Shown: positions 12,616 through 26,632, counted from the stretch's first letter. The stretch is DNA of 64,000 nucleotides from Octopus sinensis (GCF_006345805.1 NC_042999.1:130386001-130450000), one strand, 5' to 3'. Notes: a model not told the origin generated them from the sequence alone. Numbers and translations are program-made.

Positions 12616-14552
12616 AACTGGTCCATCTCTGAGATCAACAAAGTTGATGTCAAAATCATTATCATCATCATCATCATCATCATCACCATCTTTCGACGTG
12701 GTTGAACGTCCAATCCCAACCAGTCGGGATTCATAGTATGATGAACTTCCACTCCTCTTGATCCTTATTGCAACTCTAAGTTCATTGATGACAATTTCTG
12801 AGTCGCGCGCAATGACGTCTAGAAAAGTGAGTTAGACTCTTCCTATCGGCCTCTGCAAGAGGGTAGAAACGATCTCTCTATCTTCTCAATAGCAACGACC
12901 ACCTAATTCTAGTTGTTTCTGACCTAAACACATAGATACTGGCTTCAACTTTCCATATATTTGCTGTAGGGTGGCGTGCTCTCTCTAGTGTATGTTTTGT
13001 GTTCTGCGAAGGAGGTTTGTTTATGTATCATACAGTCACTTTTTTAAAGACAGTTGTTAATATTCAAGTTTCAGCCCCATACATCAAAATTGGTTTGAAA
13101 TAGTTTAGTTTTTATTTTGTTGTTTGAGTTGCTGCGCCATATCCTTGTCTGGTTTATTATTGCAAGCCTCCCATACCAGTGCTTTTCGACACAAAAATCC
13201 TTTTGTGTGTTCACAATATGTGCTCCAAGATATTTGAAAGTCTTTCACTCTCTTGATAATTTCGTCGGAAGTTTAAGGACTGGTGGAGATGTATTCAGTT
13301 TTCCCCTTATTTCAGCAGAGTCCCACTAGTGTTGCAGTTTTTCTTTGAGATTGCAGCGGTGATTCTGAATCTGATATTGCTTCTGTGGTGATTGCAAAGT
13401 CGTCTGCAAAGTCAAGGTCCGTGAGATATTGAGTCGGACGCCTTCGACCGATTCTTGGATAGAATAGCAGACCATTTTCATTCATGCTGCCTAGTGAGAT
13501 TCGCAGAACACAATCTAGCATTACAATGAACAGAAAGGGAACAATGCATTGTATACATCGCCCAAAAGAAGACATATACCGAATAAGCTTTCGAGGAAAA
13601 GAAGGCGGTTCGGGGTTAATACAATTTCAATTCACATTGAAGATTACTGTCATAAAACTTTCTGCCGACCTGCAATAAGCAAACAACTCAATGTTAAAGT
13701 TGGTTCTGTGACATGAAGATAACAAAAAGTTGCACTCAGTGACGAAAATGCAATAATACACCTTTGAGAAATGCAACTAGACGTACCAGTACTCGAAGAA
13801 AATGTGACCCTCAAATGACAAAGCAAAAACAAAAAAAAAAAAAAAGATATAGCCAAACAAACCAGCCTAATAAGGAGAAATGGGAGCAAAAGCCACTACT
13901 TGACAAATAACCAATTAGAGTCAGAGGCCCTGATGTAGACTAAACCCTTATCAATCAGTGGCGTACATGCTCTGGTCTAAAGCCAGAAACTGAGAGTAAT
14001 ATTATTGCTGTTCAGGATCAGTGCCTTTCAACAAAGAAATTACCAATGTAATGTTCTAAAACATAAAAGCAGCCCATCGTGTCGCGTATGCGGAGAACGT
14101 CTAGAGAGAATCGATCACATAATCACGGGATGCGGCTGACTGGCACCAACGGAGTACTAGAATAAACGTTGATAGAGCAACTCAGTGTACAGACTGGTCA
14201 ATACGCCGCACACACAACTTTTCTCACAAAGATAATTAGTGAGAAAACAAACTACTAAAAGTTACCGTCCTTCGGAATTTCACTGTTCAGACTGATTGGG
14301 CAATAGAGGGTAAGCGACCGCATATCATTAGGGGAAAAAATCATGCTGAAAAGACAGAAAACCACATCTCTGAAAACGTTTTAATAAACTGAGTAAATAT
14401 AAGGTCACGGAGATAGAAATCAGAAGAATGGCATCTCAAAGCAGCATCATTACCTATTGTTATTGGAACGCCTGGAATGATGTCAAAAGGGGCAAACAAA
14501 TATGTAGACCAAATTCTTGACAGCCCCCAAATAAGTGAATTGCAAAAGATCA
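12616..14552 (+). mobile_element. Second R4/Dong-like LINE remnant (post-RT region, zinc knuckle, C-terminus), split by the RTE insertion
   Basis: NWSISEINKVDVK at 12616-12654 continues as TMHCIHRPKEDI..KEGGSGLIQ at 13541. Then SGLKPETES..AVQDQCL, CRVCGERLERIDHIITGC (CCHC) and PIVIGTPG..ISELQKI. Confidence 0.85.
12655..13540 (-). mobile_element. RTE-clade LINE, 5'-truncated, with (GAT)n tail
   Basis: PFLFIVMLDCVLRISL, YLTDLDFADDF (RT motif), VKDFKYLG and RKALAWEACN; tail GATGGTGATGATGAT at 12655-12690. Confidence 0.88.
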
Positions 14553-15000
14553 AAAAAAGAACTCAGAACGTAACGGCAGACAAAATACCTATTTCTAAAT
14601 ACCTATTTACTACTCACAAGTGGCTAAACACAGAGAGGACAAACAAGGACAGATAAACGGATTAAGGCGATTACATCGACCCCAGTGCGTAACTGGTACT
14701 TAATTTATCGACCCCGAAAGGATGAAAGGTAAAGTCGACCTCGGCGGAATTTGAACTCAGAACGTAACAGCAGACAAAATACCGCTAAGCATTTCGCCCC
14801 GGCATGCTAACGCTTCTACCAGCTCGCCGCCATAACAATAATAATCCTTTTTACTAAAGGTACAAAGCCTAAAATTTGTGGGCAGGGAACTAGTCGATTA
14901 CATCGATCCCATTTCTCAATTACTACTTAGTTTATGGACCCCGGCGGAATTTGAACTCAGGACGTAGCGGCAGACGCAATACCGCCAGGCCTTCAATAAT
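14553..15000 (-). mobile_element. Tandem Meta-domain-like SINE copies with partial duplication
   Basis: Family core at 14660-14770; CAGAACGTAACGGCAGAC segment repeated at about 14564, 14758 and 14958. Confidence 0.88.
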
Positions 15001-15214
15001 AATTCTGCCTTCAATAATATTTTTTTTTCATTGGGCACAGCGACCTAAGAGTTTCGGGAGAGTACAAAAGTGGAATACCCTGAAAAACAACAAATAAGAA
15101 ATAATGGGGCATTTACATCTAGTAAACGGGTGTGACCAACAACAAAATCCCATTAATAATAATAAATAGCATTAAGAAAACCAAAGGTAATTACTTTCTC
15201 CTAATTCTTGACAC

Positions 15215-15965
15215 CAGCCTACAACCTCATAGTGTACGCAACGCTCATTTAGTCGCGCCAGTTTTACTGCTCACGCCCACCTTTCATAAAATTTATTGGA
15301 GGGTAGCATTTTTCTGTCTATCTTCAGTGCTTCTTTAAGTGGTGTTTAAAGAAGATAGTGAGAGTTTGTCCAGACAGGAAAAGTTCTATCCTCAAAGCTT
15401 TCAACCGTGTCCACCAAGCAAACATCTTTTGCCACAGCCACCAGACAGAAAAAAAGTATTGTCTATTTTTCTTTACCAATAGAAAGTGCTGGTTGGATCT
15501 TTACAATCTGGGCTGATAGCCAGGTTTGTAAATTACAGGATAACATGAATCCATAAATAAACAATGTACAGGCAACGAATACATGTCGGACAGTTTCGTC
15601 ATCCGTGCGCATTTCGGACTGATTCGGTTACTGATGGATCCTATACGTCCATGCCTGTAGAGTTTATCTCAAACAGGCAAGTCCTCCAGTAAAACTGCCA
15701 GGCCAAGGACCTTTAGAAATTACATATAAACACCATCCTGAAAGTCCTCCAGAAGACACTAGTCAAACTGTCTTTGTCTCTCCTAGACATCGTCACTCTA
15801 AAGAACGCGAGAGTTGACTTTCCAACTGGTAGAGTACTGTGAGCACCTGTTGGCATTCCAAATGTTAACGGCTCAAACTCAATCTAAGCTTCACTCAGGT
15901 TTGCAACTCGAGCAAAGAGAAGAACTGAGGAAAGACAGCTCGACTTTTAGCTCCATATGGCTGGT
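15215..15965 (-). mobile_element. L1/Tx1-clade LINE 3' remnant
   Basis: RSLAWQF..RDKLYRHG, DDETVRHVFVAC (zinc-knuckle half), LVAVAKDV, FFKHHLKK and MLPSNKFYERW. Confidence 0.8.
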
Positions 15966-16008
15966 CTTAGTAGTCTTCAATACTAGATAAGGTACAAGTT
16001 TCAAACAA

Positions 16009-16049
<41 letters not shown>

Positions 16050-16318
16050 GCTCGCCTTCCAATGATTGGTTAAATAGTTTTCTAAGAACGTTAGGAGCCG
16101 ACTTTGTATTGGGTGGTGTCTCGAAGCCTAGATATTCAATTTCTATCGAGTTTATTTGCAACACATAAAATATTACCCAACCTGACCTGTCACGTTAAAT
16201 GAACCTGGAGACTTATACGCGCGTATTACTCTATTATCTCCAAATATCCACATGGATGATATTTCACTTTCTGTAATGCTTTTTCGTTAGGTCTCTCTCT
16301 CTCCTTCTCTCTCTCTCT

Positions 16319-16353
<35 letters not shown>

Positions 16354-16360
16354 TCTCTCA

Positions 16361-16394
<34 letters not shown>

Positions 16395-17159
16395 CTCTCT
16401 CATTGATCAGTTTATTCTATGTACCTAGAGGTAAATATCACACAAATATAGAATGACACATTTCAGGACGTACTTGAAAACAATATATTATTACACGATG
16501 GCCATGCATATACAAATATGTTCCTCATCAACACAAAATGGTCAAATGAGGCACAAGCCAGACCGCAGCTAGTATCAAATACATGATACTAGGCTCATCT
16601 AACTTACTTTCTATTATTCGTAAGAGCTAAGTGGATCACAAAAGATATATCTCTTGGATATAACGTCTATTTACTACAAGTAAATAACTGAAAAAATATG
16701 GTGCTCATTCGCTACTGTCATGTGAAATGATACACAATGACTAAAAGTGCCCTCCTCCAAGATACAACGCGATGTCTGAGGAGATAGCACTCGAATATTG
16801 TAATTGAATATAAAATCTATTTTAATGTTATCAGTAACTGAAACAGCTAAGCAGATAATTTATTGGCCTGTTAGTTCATTAACATCAAGTTCAAACTCCC
16901 TGCATGTGTTCTGTTATCTGTAAAGAGTACACTTCCTTCTACAAGCCTTAGATCACCTAACTTTAGAGAATGTTATAACATTCTGGGGGAAGATATGGAC
17001 GATCATTCATTGATAAATGCTTCCGATCATTATATAAGATTTTAAATTACATTTATATTCAAAATTATTCAAGTTTCAACAAATGCAAACCTTTACACAC
17101 ACACACACACAACACACACACACACACACACACGTATGTGTGTATATGCGTATGTATCT

Positions 17160-17615
17160 CTTTTACTCTTTTTTTTTCTTTTACTTGTTTCAGTCATTTG
17201 ACTGCGGCCATGCTGGAGCTCCGCCTTTTAGTCAAGCAAATCGACCCCCAGGACTTATTCTTTGTAAGCCTAGTACTTATTCTATCGGTCTCTTTTGCCG
17301 AACCGCTAAGTTACGGGCACGTAAACACACCAGCATCAGTTGTCAAGCGATGTTGAGGGACAAACACAGACACACAAACGCGCGCACGCACACACACATA
17401 CACACACACACACATATCAATATATATATATATATATATATATACATACATATATACGACGGGCTTCTTTCAGTTTCCGTCTACCAAATCCACTCACAAG
17501 GCTCTGGTCGGCCCGAGGCTATAGTAGAAGACACTATCCCAAGGTGCCACGCAGTGGGACTGAACCCGGAACCATGTGGTTGGCAAGCGAGCTACTTATC
17601 ACACAGCCGCTCCTA
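17160..17615 (-). mobile_element. CORE-type SINE (OR2-like), near full length, with internal CA/TA microsatellite
   Basis: tRNA-like head (GGTTCAGTCCC B box), CCTTGGGATAGTGTCTTCTACTATAGCCTCGGGCC core and GAAACAAGTAAAAG tail. Confidence 0.9.
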
Positions 17616-17760
17616 TGTATGTATAATATTTTTTAAAAGATGTACTGCTATATATTTTAAAGTAACATAGGAGTGTTAATGCCATATCTATGACGTAATT
17701 CATCACTACACTTTCATCTCTCTCCCTCCCATTTTCTCTCTCATTCTATCTATCTATCTA

Positions 17761-17839
<79 letters not shown>

Positions 17840-18299
17840 TTATCTGTCTATCTACCTAACCATATATCTATCTGCTTGTCTATCTTCCTCTTGATATAAC
17901 CAATGTAAAACTGCAATCAAGAAGCGTATTATAATTAAAATGTTGGGCTGATTTTCTCAGCCACCAAGATATATCGCACGGCTCTACTAAAGTGAGTCAT
18001 AGACAAGCATAGTAGTAACATTATATTTATCACCAGTTGACTTTTTCGTTTATGTATGATATGAAGTGTATTTGTACATGCATGACCGGAAGTACAGCGA
18101 TTACAACCAAAAAGGCACTGAATGCTTTGTATATGTGCGGGAAAAGTATATATCTTATGAAAAGCTTCGCTGATCTTCAACTAATTATTTCTATTATAGA
18201 CACAATCCTGAAACATTGGGGAAGGGGTCTAGTCGATTAAATTTGTAGCAATATCGTCTCTCATTGCTATCTTCACTGTTTGAGAAGAGTATTAAGAAT

Positions 18300-18515
18300 A
18301 ACCTCGGTCGAGATTACAAACAGCTTCGGCTAGTTCAACATTGTTGTAAACACTAATTCGATTGGTTGACACGTTAACTGGTATTTATGTTATCGACCCC
18401 CAAAAGGATGAAAGGCAAATTCGACCTCGGCAGTGAACTCAGAACGTAAAGTTGAAAGAAATGCCGCTAATGCATTTTGTCCAGCGCACTAACGGTTCTG
18501 CCAGTTAACCGCCTA
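18300..18515 (-). mobile_element. Meta-domain-like SINE
   Basis: ATCGACCCCCAAAAGGATGAAAGGCAAATTCGACCTCGG core. Confidence 0.85.
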
Positions 18516-20014
18516 AGAAGAAAATATAATGTTCTGTTACTTGACGAAACTTTGGGGTGTAAATGGGAAAGCGACAAAAGAATACAATGGATAGATTATC
18601 TGCTCAAGTCTATCTAGCAGCAAAGGTTTTGGGTTTCAGCCTTTTCTGTAATTGACACATGACAAGGTCACCAGGATTTTATCAAATATAACATTTTAAA
18701 AAAGCCAATTTGTACAAATGTCGACTCGGAAATTTTAAGACGGTACTCGACAGAACTTATATTTTTAATGTTTTTTTGTAGACATTTAATGATAAAATTA
18801 GTAAGAAGATAAAAATAAGATTTTTCAAAATTAGATACACATGAAAGAAACCACTGTCCGGCGCGAAGGAACATTTATTATTTGGAATTGAATCAGTACA
18901 CTTCAGTGTATATCAACGTGCTCTGCTGACTCATATAATATATTTAGATTTGTACACCATTCGACGAATGTGGAATTGATATCACAACAAACGTATAGCA
19001 TCAAATTGTAAAGTTGGCGGTTATCTCCCCTATCTCTAAAATTACTCCGATAACAAATCATCTGTTCGATGCGATTCTAGTCTACTAACCAATAGTCAAT
19101 GTTATATTGTCTGTATTCAACGGAATGAAATTATTACAGACGGGACCAATGATACTGAAGAGGGGTTTCAACCGGTACATCAGACCGGAGGGCTTGAGCG
19201 GGACCCTATATATCTGCCGGCCCGTTATTAGGAAAACAAAACTTTGTGGCACTCTTGAATTTCGACAGGATTGCACCATTGAATCGACCCTGAAAGCAGT
19301 TATTTTCCACCTTGTAAAATTTCTCTTCAAATTGCAGATGAAGCTTTTCAAGGAAAGTCGAATAGGCTCAGTATCTCTTCTTTATTGACTGCTTTACTTT
19401 GGCTTTACATATTCTAAAGCTGAAATATTTTAAAGTTTTACTTGCGGTAACTTACTAGTTTAAGTTTCACAACAATGTACTTAAATATCAAGCTTTAAAT
19501 TTATTTGAGTGCATTGTATATTTATTCTGTCATGCTAACATCAATGCATTGTAGTAAATACCTTGTTATTCTGTTGATAAAGTTTTACTGAGTGGCAGTA
19601 CAAAGTTTCAAAATATTGTTGTTTCAGATAGAATTTTGATCAATTATTTAATGTTAAGGAAACATGAAATTGAAGAATGAGGAAGATATGCATGTGATTT
19701 AGAATTTGATCAAAACTCTTGTCAATAAATAACTATGCGATTTAAAAGAAAGCAGATAAAATAAAACTCTGCGTGTTACTTCTGTAGTAGGTTAGCATAG
19801 ATGCTTAATCAATGTCGTATTCAACAGGTAATAGATATATAAACTTCTCGAGTACTGGATTAATTTTTGTAGTTCAAAAATCTGATCCCACTTTTTGTTA
19901 TCCCCTTATTTTATTGTCAACAAGAGATGAAACAAAGTCAATCTCGCCGATCTCTGACGCTGGAGAGACGAAACTAAAAGACTCCGCCACATTCACTACA
20001 TTAAATGTTCCGTA

Positions 20015-20210
20015 GGCTGGGCAAAATACTTAGCAACATTTCGTCCGCCTTTACGTTCTGCATTCAAATTCTGCCGAGGTCGACTTTGCCTTTCATCCTT
20101 TCGGGGTACCAGTAAAATAAGTACTACTTGAAGACTGGGGTCGATTTAATCGACTTACGCCTATTCCGAAACTGTTGGTCTTGTGTGATAATTTGAAAAC
20201 AATATTAATA
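20015..20210 (+). mobile_element. Meta-domain-like SINE
   Basis: TTCTGCCGAGGTCGACTTTGCCTTTCATCCTTTCGGGG core. Confidence 0.85.
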
Positions 20211-21321
20211 ACAGAGATATCTAGCTTAATGTTACTGAACAGGAGGGCATTAAAAGGCCGGGTTAGTGTATCTTAATGTTATGATTAGTAAAAAGCTGGG
20301 GACATGGTGGAATGACAGAAACTGTAGCGTGTGGGGTTGAATGTCAATTGCATTTAGTTACGTCCTTTTGTGTTCTGATTTCATATTCCACCGAGAAACA
20401 TTTCGTTTTTCCGAAACCGATAAAATATGCATCAGTAATATCATACAATTGGTTCAATAGATTACACTCCTTTTCACTCTCTTGAGTTCTCTTACACATG
20501 TAAAACTTTAAGTCAACATGAAAAATCATTTCTGAAACGTGGAAGTGTCGTACAGTATACATTAGCCCCTGGTAAGCAGATACGATTTCGATTTTCGCTT
20601 CAAGCTATTTCATTTACGTTGCTAATGACTCAGATGAAAATATTATCGACGCTAAAAAAAATTAAAAAATCAAGCTTCATACTTAGGAAAAAAAGAAGAC
20701 AATCATTTCCAAAACATTGAAGTAACCGTTTGATGTCATAGTAATAACTGTTAGGATCCTTTGGCTTGGGTTCAAATGAATCTGTATAATCGACTACTAA
20801 AGATATATGGAAGAAAATACATCAAATGGAGTTTTTTAAGTGAGAGAATGAAAGTAACTCATTGGAAGCTAGTTTCCAACTTTAGTCAAAGGATAGGTGG
20901 GTTTCAAATTAGCTATTCCCTATTTATAGTGAAAATATCACATTCGACTGCTAATTTTCAAAGAATTTTACTCTCAAATGTGTATTTGAAAGTGAAATCG
21001 AATTTCTAAAAGACAATAACTCTAAAAACGCTGTAGTATTTATTTTCATTAGTTGATTCTTGGCAAGATGGCGTATTCATAGTTTTGCAGGATCGCTTAG
21101 ACTATCACTCGAGCAAGGTTCGCGAACTTGTCCCACAAACCTGTTTCACGTGCCGATTCACTTCATTTCTGTTACCCTTCTTTCGAAATAAGAAACACCG
21201 TTTCCTATCCCCTGTAAATCGGAGTCTTCTGTGAGATGTTAATATTTTAAAAGAATTTTATTTCAAAATAAATACTAATGCAATCGTAATCAAGACAATG
21301 ATTAGTTTAAACGTTTCAGGT

Positions 21322-21725
21322 GTAGGAGCAGGCATGATTGTGTGGTTTAGAAGCTTGCTTTGAAATTAAGTGGTTTCGACTTCAGTGCCACTGCGTGGCA
21401 CCTTCGTCCTCTGTAGCCTAGAGCTGACCAAATCCTTCTGCGTGAATTTGGCTGACTGAAACTTTACGGAAGTCCATCGTATATGTTTGTGTTTGTGTGT
21501 GTGTGTATGTTTGTGTTGTTCCACCTCTACTTCTACCGCTATACAACCGATGTTGGTTTGTTTACGTCCCCGTAACTTGACGATTCGACAAAACAAACCA
21601 ATAGAATGAGTACCAGACTTAAGAATATGTACTGAGATCGAGTCGTTCAACAAAACCCTCCAAGGTGGTGTTCCAGCATGGCCGTAGACCAATGACTGAA
21701 ACGAGTAAAAGATAAAAACAAAAGA
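21322..21725 (+). mobile_element. CORE-type SINE, diverged full-length copy
   Basis: Head GGAGCAGGCATGATTGTGTGG, internal (TG)n, and the CCAGCATGGCCG..ACTGAAACGAGTAAAAGATAAAA end. Confidence 0.85.
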
Positions 21726-22329
21726 TCCAAATAGGAGGTGAACGGGTTTCTTATTTCCTGTCTTTTCTGGTTGAGTGTTGCTCTCTAACTAGGTGCAAAT
21801 GCACCAATGTGTTGCAGAGGTGTTGAAGCGAGAATTACGTTCTTACCATTCTATATATCATTAGCAACGTATATCAAGTGAAATGTTCATTAATCAAGAA
21901 TTAAAATCAAGTCACAGACGCAACATACCAATAGCATACCGCTCATTCTATGACACTCCCTAACTTTAGCGGAAGTGGCATGTGGTATCCCATTTTTACA
22001 GCGTAATTGAAACCATATTCGCAAGTCATTTGAAAGACTAAAACAAAATTAATTCAGTCAAGATAATCACCTTTCATAGTGGGGGCGGCGAGTGGTTGTA
22101 GTGCTATGGAGTCGCAGAATTTATAGAATGGCAAACTAGATATCTAACAGTATTTAAGTTACGATCCTTTATCTTCAGAGTTCAAATTTCGCTAGACTTG
22201 ACGTTTACTTTTAATACCTCTAACGCCGATAAAATATATCAGATGAGCTGAGGCAATCAACTATATCCTACCCCTACCTCCCGACTTAAAAATTTTTTAA
22301 TTTGCTAAAATTTAAATAATTACCGAAGT

Positions 22330-22365
<36 letters not shown>

Positions 22366-23330
22366 ACACACATACATATATATATATCAAGTCTTGTGAG
22401 TGGATTTGGTACACGGAAACTGAAAGAGCCCGTCGTATACATATGTGTATGTGTGCGTGTATGTGTTTGTGTGTGTGTGAGTTCCCCAACACCGCTTTAC
22501 GATTGGTGTTGGTTTATTAACTTAGTGGTTCAGCAAAAGAGTACAAGATTTCAAAAATAAATACTGCTGTCGATTTGTTCGACTAAACCCTTCAATGCAA
22601 CATAGCCATTGTAAAACCCCAGCATAGTCACAAGTAAAAGATAAAAGATATATCTTTCAGTCGAGCTTCTTCTTACTTTGATAATCTATTCAGGGGAAAC
22701 TTTATCCCTCAGTAGAAAGAGACAGCTAATTGAGTCGATGTTACAGGGATATCGCTTAAATCGTAGCATATCACTGGCTCTTGAGTATGTCTTCTAGCTA
22801 AGACACTTAAACTCTCGCTCTCTTTAGTTCACCTGCTGATACTTAGACGGTGCCACACGGCGATAAAGCTCGTCAATATAAGCAAGAGAATTGAGGCAAT
22901 TGATGCAGCTGGATAGGGATGAATTCTTTTAGGTTAACTTGCATTGATATACTACTTGAAGAGGAAATTTTCAGTGAAATATTTAGACAATTATAGATGG
23001 AAACACATCGTCCATTAACAGAGACACTTACTGCCACGAAGAACACATAGTCACACACACTCACATACATACATACATACATACATACATACATACATAC
23101 ATACATACATACATACATGAGTGTGTGTATGTGTTGTATGAGTGTGTGTACGTGTATGTGTGTGCGTGTTTGTGGCTGGGTGTCTGTGTGTATGTATGTG
23201 TATATATTATATACTTATATAAATTATACATATTATGTGTGTATACGTATATATATTTATGATTTAGTGTACATTATATGTGTGTGCATATATAATATAT
23301 ATTATGCATATGCATAATGTGTGTATTTAA

Positions 23331-23396
<66 letters not shown>

Positions 23397-23399
<3 letters not shown>

Positions 23400-23506
23400 C
23401 TGCTCGCTTAGCTAGCGGGGTGGCGTAATTCGAAGGCAAAAACAATGCGAACGCATTGTGACCAGCGATGTGTAGCAACATCTGATGGTCTGGTCGGTCA
23501 CGTGAT

Positions 23507-23513
<7 letters not shown>
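23397..23513 (+). repeat. Short structured GC-rich element embedded in (TA)n
   Basis: Perfect hairpin ACAATGCG-AA-CGCATTGT (23442-23459) and palindrome TCACGTGATCACGTGA (23498-23513); (TA)n on both sides. Confidence 0.7.
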
Positions 23514-23538
<25 letters not shown>

Positions 23539-23795
23539 TACAAAGCTCTTTATATTCCTTTATTACATGTATACATTATATATTTAGTATATATACGTGA
23601 TATATATGTATTTATAAATATGTATTTGTATCTATATATACATGTATTTGAGCACATCTGTATGTGTGTAGTTAAGAATATATTTTCTAAACACACATAT
23701 ACACACACTCAAGTGTGTGTGTGTGTGTGTGTACCGTATACATATGCATATGTGTATGTACATGCGTGTGATATAGTTCATTTATACACACACAT

Positions 23796-23884
<89 letters not shown>

Positions 23885-25059
23885 TATGTATTTGTATATA
23901 TATCTATGCTTGTATATATATCTCAGTAACAAGCAACAATATATATTATTTTTTGAAAACCCATAGTATGTCTACAAAACTGTCTTTTTTTAACAGAATC
24001 GGGACTAAAGGGTAACGTCCTTGATTGTTCATAGGGCCTTCTAAGACTAGTATGGGGAATCGAGGAAAGATATCCTCAAACCAAAGACTTGACCCAAATG
24101 CTTGCAAGAGCGTGGAATTCGCTAAAGTTACCCGAGTGACGGTTTTATACCGAGCCGACAGATTAAAATGTATGTATGTATGTATTGATGAATAAAATTA
24201 TTGATAATGTTACTAATCAATAATTACTTTCGACCTCCTACGTTCTGAGACAAATATCTCACCGATCGGCTTAGCGTCTCATATTTCCAGAGACGAGAAA
24301 ATAAAGGTCAGTAATAGAAATCTTTCAACGTTTGACTTGAAACCTAGAGAAAAAAAATCATTCTATAGAGAAGCAACGTTTAGAATCTAATCCTTTTCCT
24401 CAAAATGCTGGAATTCAATAAAGGTGCAGATTAAATCTGGTTTAGATTGCCTATTTATAGCAAATGACAATTAAGAATCCAGTCCAGAAAAGCGTATGAA
24501 ACTTACGATTACAATTCGAACTTGCCATCTATGAACAATCAGTTCACTAACTTATCGACTCATCTAGAACTGGTTGAAACTGTAATTATTCATTGGATGA
24601 AAAGCATTTTGCTTCAAGAATGCAAGTTGGTGAATATATTACATAGCTTTAAATCCACGATTAGGATGCTGGTCCAACTCCAAAGCCTTATAACTTTTGT
24701 TGTTGCTGTTGTTGTTGTGGTGGTGTGGTGGTGGTGCTGTTGCTGCTGGTACTGCTGTGGCGGTTGTAGTGGTAATGGTAGATATTGCTTAGTTCTATTG
24801 TTCTGTAACATCTGTTACAGAAATAACAAATCATCGAAAGGCGTTCAAATCGTGAGTATCCCAATTTTTTTTTCTTTCAGACAGCGTCTTACACTAAGAG
24901 GTTATGATTTAAAGACAATTTGGCAACTATTCCTAGCAGGCTAATAAAGATAGTTTCGTTGGTTCTCATGTCGTTGTCGCCCTTTCGCTCCAAATCAACC
25001 TTGCTAGAGCATTTATTATCAAAAACTTTCCAGCCGTGCCTATTCCATTTTGTTTTTAG

Positions 25060-25109
25060 GCAGTATGCCAGGACTACACTATTTCAATGTGTTCTTTTCT
25101 TTTTACAAG
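25060..25109 (+). other. Candidate small exon (unsupported by homology)
   Basis: TTTTGTTTTTAG acceptor, 50 nt open in all three frames, AAG|GTGAGG donor. Confidence 0.15.
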
Positions 25110-26290
25110 GTGAGGGTTATAATTTGGGAGATCTAACTGCTGTTTCTATAAAAACGATCAACACAGAGGCATCCCTGTTAGCTTATGTAGAGGTATAACA
25201 AAATGCTGTGTGATACAAACTCAAACTGTGAGCCTGATATCGTCTGCATCCACTGCACTATTTTGTCAATTGTATAATGAAAGTGAATTAAATAATTCTA
25301 AACGCTTGTTAGGTTCACACTAGCGACATTGTCTTTGTGAGAGGTTGTTTCAAGTAGAACTCAACCTGACAGAACCTATCTTACCCAAACGATTGTAACC
25401 GGAAATTGCAAGTACGAAAATCGTATCAGAAATCGAACCTGTGTAAAAGAACTGAACTTCTTTACTTTAATAGTATAAAAATCCCTTTCAATTAAATGAT
25501 GTGGATTAGTTGGCTGCTAACGCTGTGCTCTTCAAGCAGACAGCATATTAATTTTTTAATCCTTTGCCAGTCCAAACCATATTCATAAGTTTGTCCTAAT
25601 TTTTTTTTTTTTTTTTTCCACATTTTTTTTTAGTTAGCCTTATTTTCACATGTTCTGAATAATATAAAGCTTTCCATTCATGAGCCCCAAGTTACTCTGG
25701 GAAAGAGCATCATATTGTATATATGGATGCAAGTGACATACAGCCAGAGAATCACATGTGACACCCAGGACATGCAAATGGTCAATATCGTTCCTATTGT
25801 ATATATAAATGAACAATATACAGAAAGAAGGAGATTAAGGTCGAGTAACATACATGCTTTTCTCAAATGCGGTGCTGACGCAAATAACTACAGCGTGAAT
25901 ATAACGTGGATTTCAAAACCTGATCACAAATACGGATCATTGGATACTTTTTCCTAAAAGTACAGGACTAACTAACTTTTGTGGAAGGAAGTTCTCAGCC
26001 AAAAATCTTCAGAAGTATATTGATGAGATTTAATGTATTGACCACAGAAAGGTGAAAGTAAAGTAGATATTTGTTATAATTTACTCGAATTATCAAATGT
26101 ATATAAAAAAAAAACGCTAGTCAAGTACAGAGCGATAAGAAAAGGAGATGATAATAAACGATTATCTTATGAACGTCATTAGCTTACAACTGTTTCTACT
26201 ATAAGTTGAGTGACTGAGTAACACCTTATAGCTTCATTAGAGCCTCTCTCTCTCATATAAATAATAAATAGATAAATAAATAAATAAATA

Positions 26291-26390
<100 letters not shown>

Positions 26391-26567
26391 ATTATATTAT
26401 GTGTGTGTATGTATATATATATGTTTGATCTTTATCGCTCTCGGTACTTATCCTCAGATTGACACTCAAACACTTTGAAATGTGTCCGCGCTAATGCCAA
26501 GCAGTACGGCATGTTGTTTGCAATTTATGGTAGAGTGAATTGTGTCATGGTGCTGTTTTTCTCACAG

Positions 26568-26632
26568 ATGGTACCCAGCTGACCCTACTATACTGTGTAG
26601 TCAACAAACTCAAAAACAACAATGTGCATGCG
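26568..26632 (+). other. Candidate small exon (unsupported by homology)
   Basis: TTTTTCTCACAG acceptor, 65 nt open in two frames, GCG|GTAAAT donor. Confidence 0.15.

Noticed and set aside
14553-15000. Recurrent about 30-40 bp motifs that could be mistaken for a CRISPR array
   Set aside because: They are tandem SINE copies with irregular spacing in eukaryotic DNA; there are no cas genes or unique equal-length spacers.
21060-21075. YY1-like CAAGATGGCG motif
   Set aside because: Isolated 10-mer followed immediately by an in-frame stop; no other promoter evidence.
24020-24150. VWGIEERYPQTKDLTQMLARAWNSL resembling a Tc1/mariner C-terminus
   Set aside because: Too short and degenerate, with no catalytic motif or TIR to support it.
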